Positions 7,429-17,868 of a stretch of 39,290 nucleotides of DNA are shown piece by piece. How positions within the stretch are numbered: the stretch's first letter is position 1; every line of letters begins with the position of its first letter. Under the pieces are notes generated by a model. The model had not been told where the DNA came from and ran no database searches. It saw only the letters and a list, made by a program, of their open reading frames with translations. Location of the stretch: positions 1 to 39,290 of the forward strand of contig CBDTYX010000001.1 of assembly GCA_965364745.1 (NCBI GenBank), written 5' to 3'. The position numbers were made by a program, and so were the translations under genes. This stretch comes from an uncultured Desulfovibrionaceae bacterium (GTDB lineage Bacteria > Desulfobacterota > Desulfovibrionia > Desulfovibrionales > Desulfovibrionaceae).

Positions 7429-8370
7429 ATGGTTGACCAGGAACAGCTTGTCCTCAACATCTTGCGATCATTAGACGTCGCGGTCTTAAAGCGGGTGGAG
7501 CCCAGAAAATACGAGTTTCTCGGCGAAGCCCCCGATTTCTACAATGAATTTTTCCCTCCCAACGAGGGGGGGGCGTGTAATGCGCCTTGGGAATACTCGG
7601 CTATGCTTGAGTTTTTTCTTGAAGACGCGGAGAATTTTTTCAACTGCGGCGAGCCGGGCGAGTATTCTTCCGGGGTTTGGCAGGAAGACGGTCAGACTGA
7701 TGAGGAGGCGGGTCTGCTGGCCGTGGCTTCAATGCATGACGGCGTGGAGGTCATTATCATCCGCCTGCTCAATGACGACTACCGCCAGCGGGTGGGTATT
7801 TTGCGCAAGGCCCGGGAACAATTGCTGGAAAACCGCAAACTGGCCACCACGCTTAAGGAATTCAAGGTCAAATCGCAGCGGGACGGGCTGACCAAAATTC
7901 TCAATCGGGAAACATTCATGGAAATTTTGCGGAATAAAATTTCCGCCATGCAGCATAAGGTTATGGCTGATGAACTCGTCAGCGAGCCGCCGTCCCTGCT
8001 GATGATGGATATTGATAATTTTAAAAATATTAACGACACTTATGGGCACTTATGCGGCGACATGGTTTTGCAGGGACTGGGGCAGTTGTTGACCGAACAG
8101 TTGCGCCGTTCCGACATCGTCGCCCGCTATGGCGGCGAGGAGTTTGTCGTGCTTATTTTGCGGGGCACTCCGGAGCAGGTTTACAAAATCGCCGACAAAG
8201 TCAGAGCCGCCATAGAGACGAATAATTTTGGCTGGGCGCCCAAAATCACGGTCAGCGTCGGCTGCGCCACCTATATTCCCGGTGAAAGCGTGGAAAATTT
8301 CATTCACCGGGCGGACGACGCCATGTATGACGCCAAACACAGAGGCAAAAACATAGTCTGCGTGCGTTAA
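7429..8370 (+). CDS. diguanylate cyclase (GGDEF) with an uncharacterised N-terminal domain
   Basis: An AAGGAA SD precedes the start. The catalytic RYGGEEF motif is intact, and an RRSD (RxxD) I-site lies 5 residues upstream. DIDNFKNINDTYGH and DDAMYDAKHRGKN are present. The N-terminal ~150 aa plus a coiled linker are unassigned. Confidence 0.85.
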   Translation: MVDQEQLVLNILRSLDVAVLKRVEPRKYEFLGEAPDFYNEFFPPNEGGACNAPWEYSAMLEFFLEDAENFFNCGEPGEYSSGVWQEDGQTDEEAGLLAVASMHDGVEVIIIRLLNDDYRQRVGILRKAREQLLENRKLATTLKEFKVKSQRDGLTKILNRETFMEILRNKISAMQHKVMADELVSEPPSLLMMDIDNFKNINDTYGHLCGDMVLQGLGQLLTEQLRRSDIVARYGGEEFVVLILRGTPEQVYKIADKVRAAIETNNFGWAPKITVSVGCATYIPGESVENFIHRADDAMYDAKHRGKNIVCVR

Positions 8371-8527
8371 AAAACGCAAGCCGCAAAGGCTTGGCCGGAA
8401 CGTCCCCCCGTCTGGCGTACCCGCCGGACGCTTTCAGCGAAAGGTCTAAATCCGTCTATAAACAAGATCTTGGAGGATCGCCGCGCAGCCCTTTCTTGAC
8501 GCATGGGCATTGCAAGGAGTTTGAAAA

Positions 8528-9550
8528 ATGCACAGCTTTCGAGACGATTACAGCGAAACAGCCCATCCCCGGATTTTGCAGGCTTTGCAGTCCGGCAACT
8601 TGGAGCAGGATGAAGGCTACGGCTGTGACCGACGCTGCGCGGCCGCGCGGCAGCACATCAAGGCCCGTCTGGGCGCTTATGCGGATAGAGCCGACATTCA
8701 TTTTTTATGCGGCGGCACCCAGAGCAATCTGACGGCTATTTCGGCCTTTTTGCGGCCTCATGAAGCGGTGGCGGCTGCGGAAACAGCGCATATCTGCGTT
8801 AATGAGACCGGAGCCATCGAGGCCACGGGCCATAAAGTCATCGCCCTGCCCGGGGCTGACGGCAAAGTGCGGCCGGAGCAGATTCGGCAGGTCCTGGACG
8901 CGCACGGCCGCAACGAGCATAAAGTCAAGCCGCGACTGGTCAAAATTTCCAACTCCACGGAACTGGGGTCCATATATACCTTGCGGGAATTGGAAGCCTT
9001 AAGCGCTTTGTGCCGGGAAGAAAGTCTGTTTTTGTATGCGGACGGCGCCCGCCTGGGCGCGGCCCTGACCGCGAGCGGCAATGACGTGAGCCTTGCGGAC
9101 ATGTGCCGCCTGACCGATGCCTTTTACATCGGCGGCACCAAAAACGGGGCCATGCTCGGCGAGGCTGTGGTGCTGTGCAATGACGCGCTTAAAGAAGACT
9201 TCCGCTACCACATGAAGCAGAAAGGGGGGCTTTTGGCCAAGGGCCGCATCCTGGGCGTGCAGTTTGAAGAACTCTTTCGGGACGATTTATTTTTCGACCT
9301 GGCCCGCCACGCCAACCACATGGCCCAGCTTATGGCCGAAGCTTTCAAAGCGGCCGGCTACGGCTTTTTGGTCGAGTCGCCCACCAACCAGATTTTTCCC
9401 ATCCTGCCCGCCGCGCTGATAGAAAGATTGCAAAAGAACTGGGCTTTTTACGTCTGGCGGCAAGTGGACGCGGAACACTCCGCCATTCGCCTGGTCACTT
9501 CCTGGGCCACCCCGGAAGAGGTGGTGCGTAGGTTCATAAGTGAGCTGTAA
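8528..9550 (+). CDS. threonine aldolase / beta-eliminating lyase family PLP-dependent enzyme
   Basis: An AAGGAG SD precedes the start. The protein reads FRDDYSETAHPRIL...GGTQSNL...ISNSTELGSIYT...LYADGARL...IGGTKNGAMLGEAVV. Confidence 0.75.
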   Translation: MHSFRDDYSETAHPRILQALQSGNLEQDEGYGCDRRCAAARQHIKARLGAYADRADIHFLCGGTQSNLTAISAFLRPHEAVAAAETAHICVNETGAIEATGHKVIALPGADGKVRPEQIRQVLDAHGRNEHKVKPRLVKISNSTELGSIYTLRELEALSALCREESLFLYADGARLGAALTASGNDVSLADMCRLTDAFYIGGTKNGAMLGEAVVLCNDALKEDFRYHMKQKGGLLAKGRILGVQFEELFRDDLFFDLARHANHMAQLMAEAFKAAGYGFLVESPTNQIFPILPAALIERLQKNWAFYVWRQVDAEHSAIRLVTSWATPEEVVRRFISEL

Positions 9551-9696
9551 ACCGCCGCCAAGGCTTGCCGCGAGTTTGCAAAGCTCGCAAGGCAGGTCCG
9601 ACGGTTTTAAGATGGTGCTGCCGCGGTCCCAAGCTTGAGCATTTTCCGGAAACGGGCTATGGATACCGGGTTCGGCATCCTGTGGCATTTGCACGC

Positions 9697-9786
9697 GGAG
9701 GGATGGCTGAGCGGTTGATAGCGGCAGTCTTGAAAACTGTTGACGATGCAAGTCGTCCGGGGGTTCAAATCCCTCTCCCTCCGCCA
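9697..9786 (+). tRNA. tRNA-Ser (anticodon UGA)
   Basis: The acceptor stem pairs GGAGGGA with TCCCTCC. The anticodon loop is CTTGAAA. There is a long variable arm (gacgatgcaagtcgtc), a T-loop GGTTCAAATCC and an encoded CCA. Confidence 0.9.
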
Positions 9787-9827
9787 TTTCATCCATTTTT
9801 TGCTGCCGCGGGCACGGCGAAATCTCT

Positions 9828-11567
<1,740 letters not shown>

Positions 11568-11705
11568 TTGGGGTGAAGTCTGTTGCTTTTTAGCTTATAC
11601 TGCATCCGCCGGGCATAGGCAATTCAAATTGAAGGCTTGCCCTCCGACGGCGCTTTATTTAGACTTCACCTACAACTGTTTTAATTCTGGTGACAAGGAG
11701 CATTT

Positions 11706-12281
11706 GTGCAGATTACGGCTACAGAATTTCCCGGCCTTGCGGTTATTGCCCCCAAAGTGCATCAGGATGAGCGCGGTTTTTTTCTGGAAACTTTTCGGCG
11801 TGACCTTTTTGAGGCCGCCGGGTTGCGGCTGGATTTCGTGCAGGCCAACCACGCCCGCTCGGGAAAAGCCGGCGTGCTGCGCGGCCTGCATTACCAGGCG
11901 CCTCCGGCCGCTCAGGCCAAGCTGGTCTGGGTTACGGCCGGCGAGGTTTTTGATGTGGTTGTGGATCTGCGCCGGGGCTCGCCCACTTTCGGCCGTCATT
12001 TCTCCATTGTGCTCACGGCGGCCAACTTTGTAAGACTGCTCATTCCCAAAGGTTTTGCGCACGGCTACCTGACCCTGACGCCGGGCGTGGAGTTTCAGTA
12101 CATGGTTGACGCCTATTATGCGCCGGGCCATGAACAGGGGCTGCTCTGGAACGACCCGGATCTGGGCATAGACTGGCCGGAGCTTGATCTTATAATGGCG
12201 GAGAGGGACAAAACCTGGCCGCGCTTGAAAAATATAACCAGCCCCTTCCTGTTCGTGCCGGATGCCGGCGTCTGGGCTTAA
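11706..12281 (+). CDS. rfbC: dTDP-4-dehydrorhamnose 3,5-epimerase
   Basis: The GTG start follows AAGGAG (11694-11699). The protein reads [12 protein letters not shown]...GVLRGLHYQ...[23 protein letters not shown]...IPKGFAHGY. Confidence 0.85.
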   Translation: MQITATEFPGLAVIAPKVHQDERGFFLETFRRDLFEAAGLRLDFVQANHARSGKAGVLRGLHYQAPPAAQAKLVWVTAGEVFDVVVDLRRGSPTFGRHFSIVLTAANFVRLLIPKGFAHGYLTLTPGVEFQYMVDAYYAPGHEQGLLWNDPDLGIDWPELDLIMAERDKTWPRLKNITSPFLFVPDAGVWA

Positions 12282-12296
12282 GCGGCCGACAAAAGC

Positions 12297-12941
12297 ATGC
12301 GCAAATCGCTTGAACAGCAGCATGGACGAGAGCCGGCCCGCAGCGCATTTCTTCTGCGCGCCCTGGGCCGAGACGCCCTGCCGCTTTTTTTGGGCCTTGT
12401 GCTGGCGTTGCTCACGGGCTGGGCGGTGTTTCCCCAGGTGCTGTACAGCCGCGAGGAGCAGCCCATGGCCTTTAATCACGTGCTTCACATCGGACAGGCC
12501 GGCCTTGATTGCGGCGCGTGCCATTATTTGCGGTCCGACGGCTCTTTTGCCGGACGGCCTTCTTTGGAAAATTGCGCGGAATGCCACAGCGCGCCGCTTG
12601 GCAAAGACCCGGCGGAACAGCGCCTGATCAGCGAGTATATTGATCCGGGCAGAGAAATTCCCTGGTTCGCTTACGCGGGCCAGCCGGAGCATGTGTTTTT
12701 CAGCCATGCCGCGCACAGCCTTGAGCGCTGTAACGCCTGTCATGAATTTACGAAAATCAGGCTGTGCGCCCGCTGCCATGCGGACATGTCCGCCGGCGCG
12801 GAGTTGCCCGCCTATGTTAAGGACCGTCTCACCGGCTACAGCAAAGACGCTATGGCCATGAGCGCTTGCGAACGCTGCCACGCCCTGCCCGGTCATGCCC
12901 CGACCACGGCCTCCAACGATTGCGCGGTTTGCCACAAATAG
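12297..12941 (+). CDS. qrcA: quinone reductase complex hexaheme cytochrome c subunit QrcA
   Basis: There are six CxxCH motifs (CGACH, CAECH, CNACH, CARCH, CERCH, CAVCH) and an N-terminal hydrophobic anchor. The gene sits immediately upstream of the QrcB/C/D-type genes. Confidence 0.8.
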   Translation: MRKSLEQQHGREPARSAFLLRALGRDALPLFLGLVLALLTGWAVFPQVLYSREEQPMAFNHVLHIGQAGLDCGACHYLRSDGSFAGRPSLENCAECHSAPLGKDPAEQRLISEYIDPGREIPWFAYAGQPEHVFFSHAAHSLERCNACHEFTKIRLCARCHADMSAGAELPAYVKDRLTGYSKDAMAMSACERCHALPGHAPTTASNDCAVCHK

Positions 12942-12950
12942 GCGCCTGAG

Positions 12951-15062
12951 ATGCTGGATCGCAGAAACATACTTAAATTCTTGCTCGCCGGAGCAGCCGG
13001 CAGTCTGCTGACGCCGCTGCCTTGGAAGCTTTTGGAAGACAGCGCGGTCTGGACTCAGAACTGGCCGTGGATTCAGGCCGGGACCAAAGGCGCGGTGACG
13101 TTTCGGCGCACGGCCAGCAAACTCTGCCCTTCGGGCGCAGGTTTGCTTGTGCAACTGGTGGGCGGTCGCCCCATACGCGTGTTGCCCGACCCGGAGCACC
13201 CGCTCAGCCTGGGCGGCATTTCTGTTTTGGCCGCGTCCGAAGTGCAGCTTATGTATAGCCCGGCCCGGGTGCGCATGCCCTTGCGGCGCGGTGCGGACGG
13301 CGTTTTGAGGCCGGTGGACGCGAGCGATGCCTTGCGTCTGTTTATTGCCGCCCTGGAAAAAATACAGTCCCGCAACCGGCCGGACAAAGTCATGTGCCTG
13401 TGCGGGGATGAAACCGGCAGCCTGTACGAGCTTTTATCTTTGCTGACCCGCGGGCTTGGTTCAGACGTGTTTTATTTCATGCCTTCGGAATTGCAGCCTC
13501 ACGCTCAGGCAGCATTGGCCGCCGGAGCGGACGGCCTGCCTGTTTATAATTTGGAGGACAGCGACCTGATTGTCTGTCTGGGGGCGGATATGCTGGGAAC
13601 CTGGGGCACGGTGCTGCGCAATAATGGAGTGCGCGCCGCCGGCCGCCCGCCGGGCAAAGAGAAGGCGGCCGGTCGCCTGGTTTATTGCGGCCCGGCCCGC
13701 AACGCCACGGCTGTAACGGCGGACAAGTGGCTGCCCCTCAAGCCGGGCGCGGAGGAGATTTTTTTGTTGGGCCTGGCCAATTTGCTGCTTAAAAACGTCG
13801 CGCCCCCGGAAATTGCCGTCTATACCCCGGAATTGGTCAGCGCGGCGGCCGGAGTGGATGCGGCGGCGCTGCGCGAGCTGGCCCGGACATTGGGGACTGC
13901 GCGGCGGCCGCTGGTCCTTACCGGCGCTTGCGCCGGGCAAGGCGGCAGCGCGGCTCTGGCCCGCCTGGAATTTTTCTTTAACCGCCTGCTGCCGGGCGGA
14001 GCCCTATCTTTCATGGCCGGGCCGGAGACAGTGCTGGCCGGCGCGGCGGCTTTTACCGACCTTGCCCGCCGCAGTTTGTACAATTATGCCGGTGCGGCCC
14101 AAGGGGAAGAAATTCCGGATCTGCTCATCAGCTATGACGCCAACCCGGTTTACTCCCTGCCGGCTTCAGTCCGCGAGCAACTGCGGCTTGCGGATATTCC
14201 GTTCAAGGTCGCTTTCAGTTCTTTTTTGGATGAAACCGCGCTGGCTGCTGATTTGGTCTTTCCCCTGCCTTTGGGCCTGGAGCGCTTGGACGATATGTAC
14301 ACGCCTTTCGGCTCCGGACGGATAATTTACAACATTTGCCCGCAGATAGTTAAGCCCGCCCACAGCGCTCCGCCTCCCGCGGAAATTTTATTTGCCGCGC
14401 TGGCCGCTTTGGACGTGGAAACGCATGCAACGGACGGGCGGCAGATAGACAAATTTGAGGATCTGCTGCGGGGAAGAGCTGCGCAATTAGGAGCTAATTT
14501 CAGGAGCCTAATGCGCGGCGAGCCGTTTACAGCCGCCCCTCGTCTTTTGCCGCCGGGCGAAAGTTTTGCGGCTGTGATTCACAATCTGTCCGGTTATGCG
14601 GATATCCCCAACCCCGGCGAGTCAGCCGCTCCAACAATCGGCGGCGAACTCGCGCTTGCGCCGCTGCTCCGTTCGGCCTTAGGCACGGCGGTCAGCGGTC
14701 TTCCGCCTTACGGGCCCGCAAGTGTTCCTGAAGATGAATTGCGCGGCGCGGAACTATATGTTTGCGTCAACTCCGCCACAGCCCGCCGTCTGGGCCTTAA
14801 AAACGGGCAGCGGGCGCGGCTCAGCGCAACAACCAAGGCAGGCGATGCGGCAACAACGCGTCTTTTTGTGCGCGTGGCGGTTTTTGAAGGCATTATGGAC
14901 AATGTGGTCGGACTGCCCCTGGGCTATGGGCATGCGGGTTTTGATGCCTTCAGCCAGGGACGGGGAGTCAACGGTTTGGATTTGTTTTCGCTGACCTTAG
15001 AGTCGAAAGCCGGCGGGCAATATTGCCTGGCCGCGCAAAAACTTGCGCTTGAAGGGGTGTGA
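12951..15062 (+). CDS. qrcB: QrcB, a molybdopterin-oxidoreductase-family subunit that appears to lack the cofactor
   Basis: A twin-arginine signal MLDRRNILKFLLAGAAG is present. The 703-aa protein belongs to the Mo-bisPGD fold family but lacks the N-terminal CxxCxxxC cluster, with a single Cys in LCPSGAG. Operon context supports the call. Confidence 0.75.
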   Translation: MLDRRNILKFLLAGAAGSLLTPLPWKLLEDSAVWTQNWPWIQAGTKGAVTFRRTASKLCPSGAGLLVQLVGGRPIRVLPDPEHPLSLGGISVLAASEVQLMYSPARVRMPLRRGADGVLRPVDASDALRLFIAALEKIQSRNRPDKVMCLCGDETGSLYELLSLLTRGLGSDVFYFMPSELQPHAQAALAAGADGLPVYNLEDSDLIVCLGADMLGTWGTVLRNNGVRAAGRPPGKEKAAGRLVYCGPARNATAVTADKWLPLKPGAEEIFLLGLANLLLKNVAPPEIAVYTPELVSAAAGVDAAALRELARTLGTARRPLVLTGACAGQGGSAALARLEFFFNRLLPGGALSFMAGPETVLAGAAAFTDLARRSLYNYAGAAQGEEIPDLLISYDANPVYSLPASVREQLRLADIPFKVAFSSFLDETALAADLVFPLPLGLERLDDMYTPFGSGRIIYNICPQIVKPAHSAPPPAEILFAALAALDVETHATDGRQIDKFEDLLRGRAAQLGANFRSLMRGEPFTAAPRLLPPGESFAAVIHNLSGYADIPNPGESAAPTIGGELALAPLLRSALGTAVSGLPPYGPASVPEDELRGAELYVCVNSATARRLGLKNGQRARLSATTKAGDAATTRLFVRVAVFEGIMDNVVGLPLGYGHAGFDAFSQGRGVNGLDLFSLTLESKAGGQYCLAAQKLALEGV

Positions 15063-15067
15063 GCGAA

Positions 15068-15841
15068 ATGAGCGCGGGCAACGGGCGAAATATTCGCTGG
15101 GGCATGGTCATTGATCTGGACAGGTGCACGGGCTGCGGCGCCTGTGTCGCGGTGTGCCAGGCGGAAAATAATGTCGCGCCGGTGCCTGATGCCTCGGACA
15201 AAACCAGAAGCATCACTTGGCTGCGCTTGCGTGCGTTGGACAACGGCAAGACCTTTCCGGCCAATGAGGGCGCGTTTTTGCCCTTGCCCTGCCAGCACTG
15301 CGAAAATCCGCCCTGCGTGCCGGTTTGCCCGGTCACGGCCACGCAAAAACAACAAGCGGGGGGCGTTGTCAGCCAAACGCATGCTCGTTGCATCGGCTGC
15401 CGCTACTGTATGATTGCCTGCCCTTATCACGCCCGCTACTTTAACTGGCAAGATCCGGCCTGGCCCAAGGGCGCGGAAGAGGCGCTTTCGCCGTTCGTTT
15501 CCGTGCGGCCGCGCGGGGTGGTGGAAAAATGCACCTTCTGCGCGCACCGCTGGCAATTGGCCAAAGACAAGGCTCTGGCCGAAAAACGCGATTCTTACGC
15601 CCTGGCTGAAGGAGAGTATGTTCCGGCTTGTGTTGAGGCCTGCCCGGCCAAGGCGCTTTATTTCGGCGATTTGAACAATCCGGCCCATCTCGTGCATAAA
15701 CTGGCCAAATCACGGCAGGCGTTTTGCCTGCTTAAGTCCATGCATACTCGGCCGCAGGTTTATTATCTCAGCCGCCGGGCTTGGGTGCGCAATTTGCGCG
15801 ACCGCGTTTTAAGCGAGCCGAACAGCGAGGGGCAATCATGA
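15068..15841 (+). CDS. qrcC: QrcC, a 4Fe-4S ferredoxin-type subunit
   Basis: Cluster motifs are CTGCGACVAVC, CQHCENPPCVPVCP, CIGCRYCMIACP and CTFC...CVEACP. The start could be ATG 15068 or the overlapping GTG 15059. Confidence 0.8.
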   Translation: MSAGNGRNIRWGMVIDLDRCTGCGACVAVCQAENNVAPVPDASDKTRSITWLRLRALDNGKTFPANEGAFLPLPCQHCENPPCVPVCPVTATQKQQAGGVVSQTHARCIGCRYCMIACPYHARYFNWQDPAWPKGAEEALSPFVSVRPRGVVEKCTFCAHRWQLAKDKALAEKRDSYALAEGEYVPACVEACPAKALYFGDLNNPAHLVHKLAKSRQAFCLLKSMHTRPQVYYLSRRAWVRNLRDRVLSEPNSEGQS

Positions 15842-17106
15842 GCGTAAAGTCAGGCTTGCCCATGGATCATGCCTTTTTGCCCGTGGGGCGCACTCGGTGC
15901 GGTTTTGGCCGTTTTTTGCTCTGGCTGACCCCTTGGGCGGCGTTGCTGGTTTGGGGGCTTTATGCGGCCGGGCTGATTTTGGGGCAGGGTCTTGCGGTTA
16001 CCCGGCTGAACGACCTCATGGCTTACGGCCTGTGGATCACTTTTGATCTGGGCATCATGGCCCTGGCCGGCGGCGCGTTCGTCACCGGCCTGTTGCTGTA
16101 TTGCTGCCGCAAGAGGGATTTGGCCCAGATCGACGGTCTGGCCGTGCTTTTGGGCTTTGTGTGCTATACCGGGGCCGTGGGAGTGCTTTTTTTGGAAATC
16201 GGGCAGCCCTTGCGCGCCTGGTTCGGCTTTTGGCACGCCAATGTGCGCTCCATGCTCACTGAGGTGATTTTTTGCGTGACTTTGTACAGCTTGGTCCTGG
16301 CCATTGAATTTATCCCCCATGCCCTTGCGCAGCGCCGGGTCGGTCAAAGTCCGTTTTGGCGGGATTTCGGCCGCAATCTGCACTGGACCATGCCCCTGTT
16401 TGCGGCGATGGGGCTCTTTTTATCCATATTTCACCAGGGTTCTCTGGGCGGTATGTACGGGGTGCTGTTCGCCCGGCCGTTTACTTTTCGGGAAGGTCTG
16501 GGCCTCTGGCCGTGGACGTTCTTTTTGTTTGTGCTTTCAGCCGCCGGGTCGGGCACGCTGTTTACCCTGCTCTGCGGCGAGCTTATGGAAACTTGCGTGG
16601 GACGGCGACTTATTTCCGGCCGGGTCAAACAATTTTTGGCCAAGACCGGCGGTGTGCTGCTGGCTATATATGTGGCGGCCAAGGGCGCGGATACGCTGGC
16701 TTGGGCCGCAGACCTCCTGCCCCGTTACGGCTGGACCTTTGCGGATATGTTCCATGGCGCTCTGTACGGCGAGTGGCTGCTGATTATGGAAATAGCTGTG
16801 TGCGGAGTTTTGCCCTGCGCAATTTTGCTCATTCCTGTTTTGCGGCGGAGCGCGGGGCTCACGCGCCTGGCCGCCGTACTGGCTTGCCTGGGGGTATTTA
16901 TCAACCGTTATGTGCAGACCGTGCAGAACCTGGCCGTGCCTTCCCTGCCTTTTGAAGGCTGGGCGAGCTATTTGCCCAATTGGGCGGAAGTGGCGCCTTG
17001 CCTTGCGGCTGTAGCTTACGGGGTGATTGTGTTCAGCCTGGCTTACCGGTATTTGCCGCTTTTTCCAATGGAAAAAGAGGTTGAGGCCAAAGCTGCGGAT
17101 GAGTAG
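15838..17106 (+). CDS. qrcD: QrcD, an NrfD/PsrC-family integral membrane quinone-interacting subunit
   Basis: An ATGA overlap links it to the qrcC stop. It is a polytopic membrane protein of ~422 aa, last gene of the four-gene Qrc arrangement. Confidence 0.8.
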   Translation: MSVKSGLPMDHAFLPVGRTRCGFGRFLLWLTPWAALLVWGLYAAGLILGQGLAVTRLNDLMAYGLWITFDLGIMALAGGAFVTGLLLYCCRKRDLAQIDGLAVLLGFVCYTGAVGVLFLEIGQPLRAWFGFWHANVRSMLTEVIFCVTLYSLVLAIEFIPHALAQRRVGQSPFWRDFGRNLHWTMPLFAAMGLFLSIFHQGSLGGMYGVLFARPFTFREGLGLWPWTFFLFVLSAAGSGTLFTLLCGELMETCVGRRLISGRVKQFLAKTGGVLLAIYVAAKGADTLAWAADLLPRYGWTFADMFHGALYGEWLLIMEIAVCGVLPCAILLIPVLRRSAGLTRLAAVLACLGVFINRYVQTVQNLAVPSLPFEGWASYLPNWAEVAPCLAAVAYGVIVFSLAYRYLPLFPMEKEVEAKAADE

Positions 17107-17242
17107 CCGGACGGGGGCGGCTTTGTAAGGAGAGACGGGGCGAATGCAGCCGGTGTTTATCCGGTTTCCGACTGGAAAGCGCGGCAAAGGGGCATGGGCA
17201 AAGCGCCGCGGGCTTGAAGATTATCTTTCCGCATTCTTTTTG

Positions 17243-17271
17243 TTGACAAGCCCGGCCGCATCTCTTAAAAA
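17243..17271 (+). promoter_or_regulatory. sigma70-type promoter for tRNA-Val
   Basis: TTGACA (17243-17248) is separated by 17 nt from TAAAAA (17266-17271). The tRNA starts 10 nt downstream. Confidence 0.6.
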
Positions 17272-17281
17272 CGATTTCTCC

Positions 17282-17357
17282 GGGCAGTTGGCTCAGTTGG
17301 TAGAGCACCGCCTTCACACGGCGGGGGTCACTGGTTCGAGTCCAGTACTGCCCACCA
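17282..17357 (+). tRNA. tRNA-Val (anticodon CAC)
   Basis: The sequence begins GGGCAGTTGGCTCAGTTGGTAGAGCA. The anticodon stem pairs ccgcc with ggcgg and the loop is TTCACAC. The T-loop is GGTTCGAGTCC and a CCA end is encoded. Confidence 0.9.
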
Positions 17358-17367
17358 CGCAAATTCA

Positions 17368-17400
17368 AGGGGCTATCCTTCACAGGATAGCCCCTTTTTT
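17368..17400 (+). terminator. rho-independent terminator after tRNA-Val
   Basis: An 11-bp stem aggggctatcc/ggatagcccct with loop ttcaca is followed by a T-run. Confidence 0.8.
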
Positions 17401-17545
17401 ATGGCCGCGGCCCGGCTCCGGAGCATAAACGGCGATCCGGACAAGGCTTGAACCGCCGCCGGGTTCTGTGACAGGAGGCGGCGACCCTTGCCCGGCAATC
17501 CTTCTATTTGTTTGCTTAATTGACTACATGCCAAATTAAGGCTAT

Positions 17546-17571
17546 ATTTAGTCCATAATAAAGTACTAAAT
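17546..17571. promoter_or_regulatory. inverted repeat, a candidate antitoxin operator
   Basis: ATTTAGT (17546-17552) and ACTAAAT (17565-17571) lie in the AT-rich region, with the downstream arm ending 9 nt before the antitoxin ATG at 17581. Confidence 0.4.
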
Positions 17572-17580
17572 GGAGTCTTT

Positions 17581-17868
17581 ATGCGTTTGAGCCAAAGCGT
17601 CAAGCCCATCAGTTATGTGAAGGCCAATACCGGCAAGGTGCTGGAGCAGGTTAACGCTTCCGGGCCCATGATCATTACCCAGAACGGCGAGGCCGCGGCC
17701 GTGCTGATGAGCGTATGCGATTACGACCGCTTGCAGGAAAGCCTGGCGCTTTTAAAAATCCTGTCTCTGGGCAACAAAAGCATTGAGGCGGGCAAAGATG
17801 TTCCGGCGGAAATGACTTTCGCCCGTTTGCGCCAGAAAGTTCGCGAGGAGAGGAAGCTGCATGGCTAA
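17581..17868 (+). CDS. type II antitoxin, Phd/YefM family
   Basis: The 95-aa protein contains SYVKANTGKVLEQVNASGPMIITQNGEAAAVLMSVCDYDRLQESLALLK. A GGAG SD precedes the start, and the gene overlaps the toxin start by 8 nt. Confidence 0.8.
   Translation: MRLSQSVKPISYVKANTGKVLEQVNASGPMIITQNGEAAAVLMSVCDYDRLQESLALLKILSLGNKSIEAGKDVPAEMTFARLRQKVREERKLHG

Noticed and set aside
11670-13199. A 509-aa minus-strand ORF across rmlC, qrcA and qrcB.
   Set aside because: It is antisense to three motif-supported genes and its composition is Arg/Ala/Gly-rich.
15781-15837. A 19-codon upstream extension of qrcD in the ORF track.
   Set aside because: It lies inside qrcC. The ATG at 15838 forms an ATGA overlap with the qrcC stop and gives a sensible N-terminus.
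14924-17187. Minus-strand ORFs of 141-257 aa over qrcC and qrcD (14924..15697, 15850..16383, 16537..17187), and plus-strand alternative frames in qrcD (16304..16783, 16356..16955).
   Set aside because: They overlap the Fe-S and NrfD-type genes. I recognise no motifs, and their composition is typical of off-frame GC-rich sequence.
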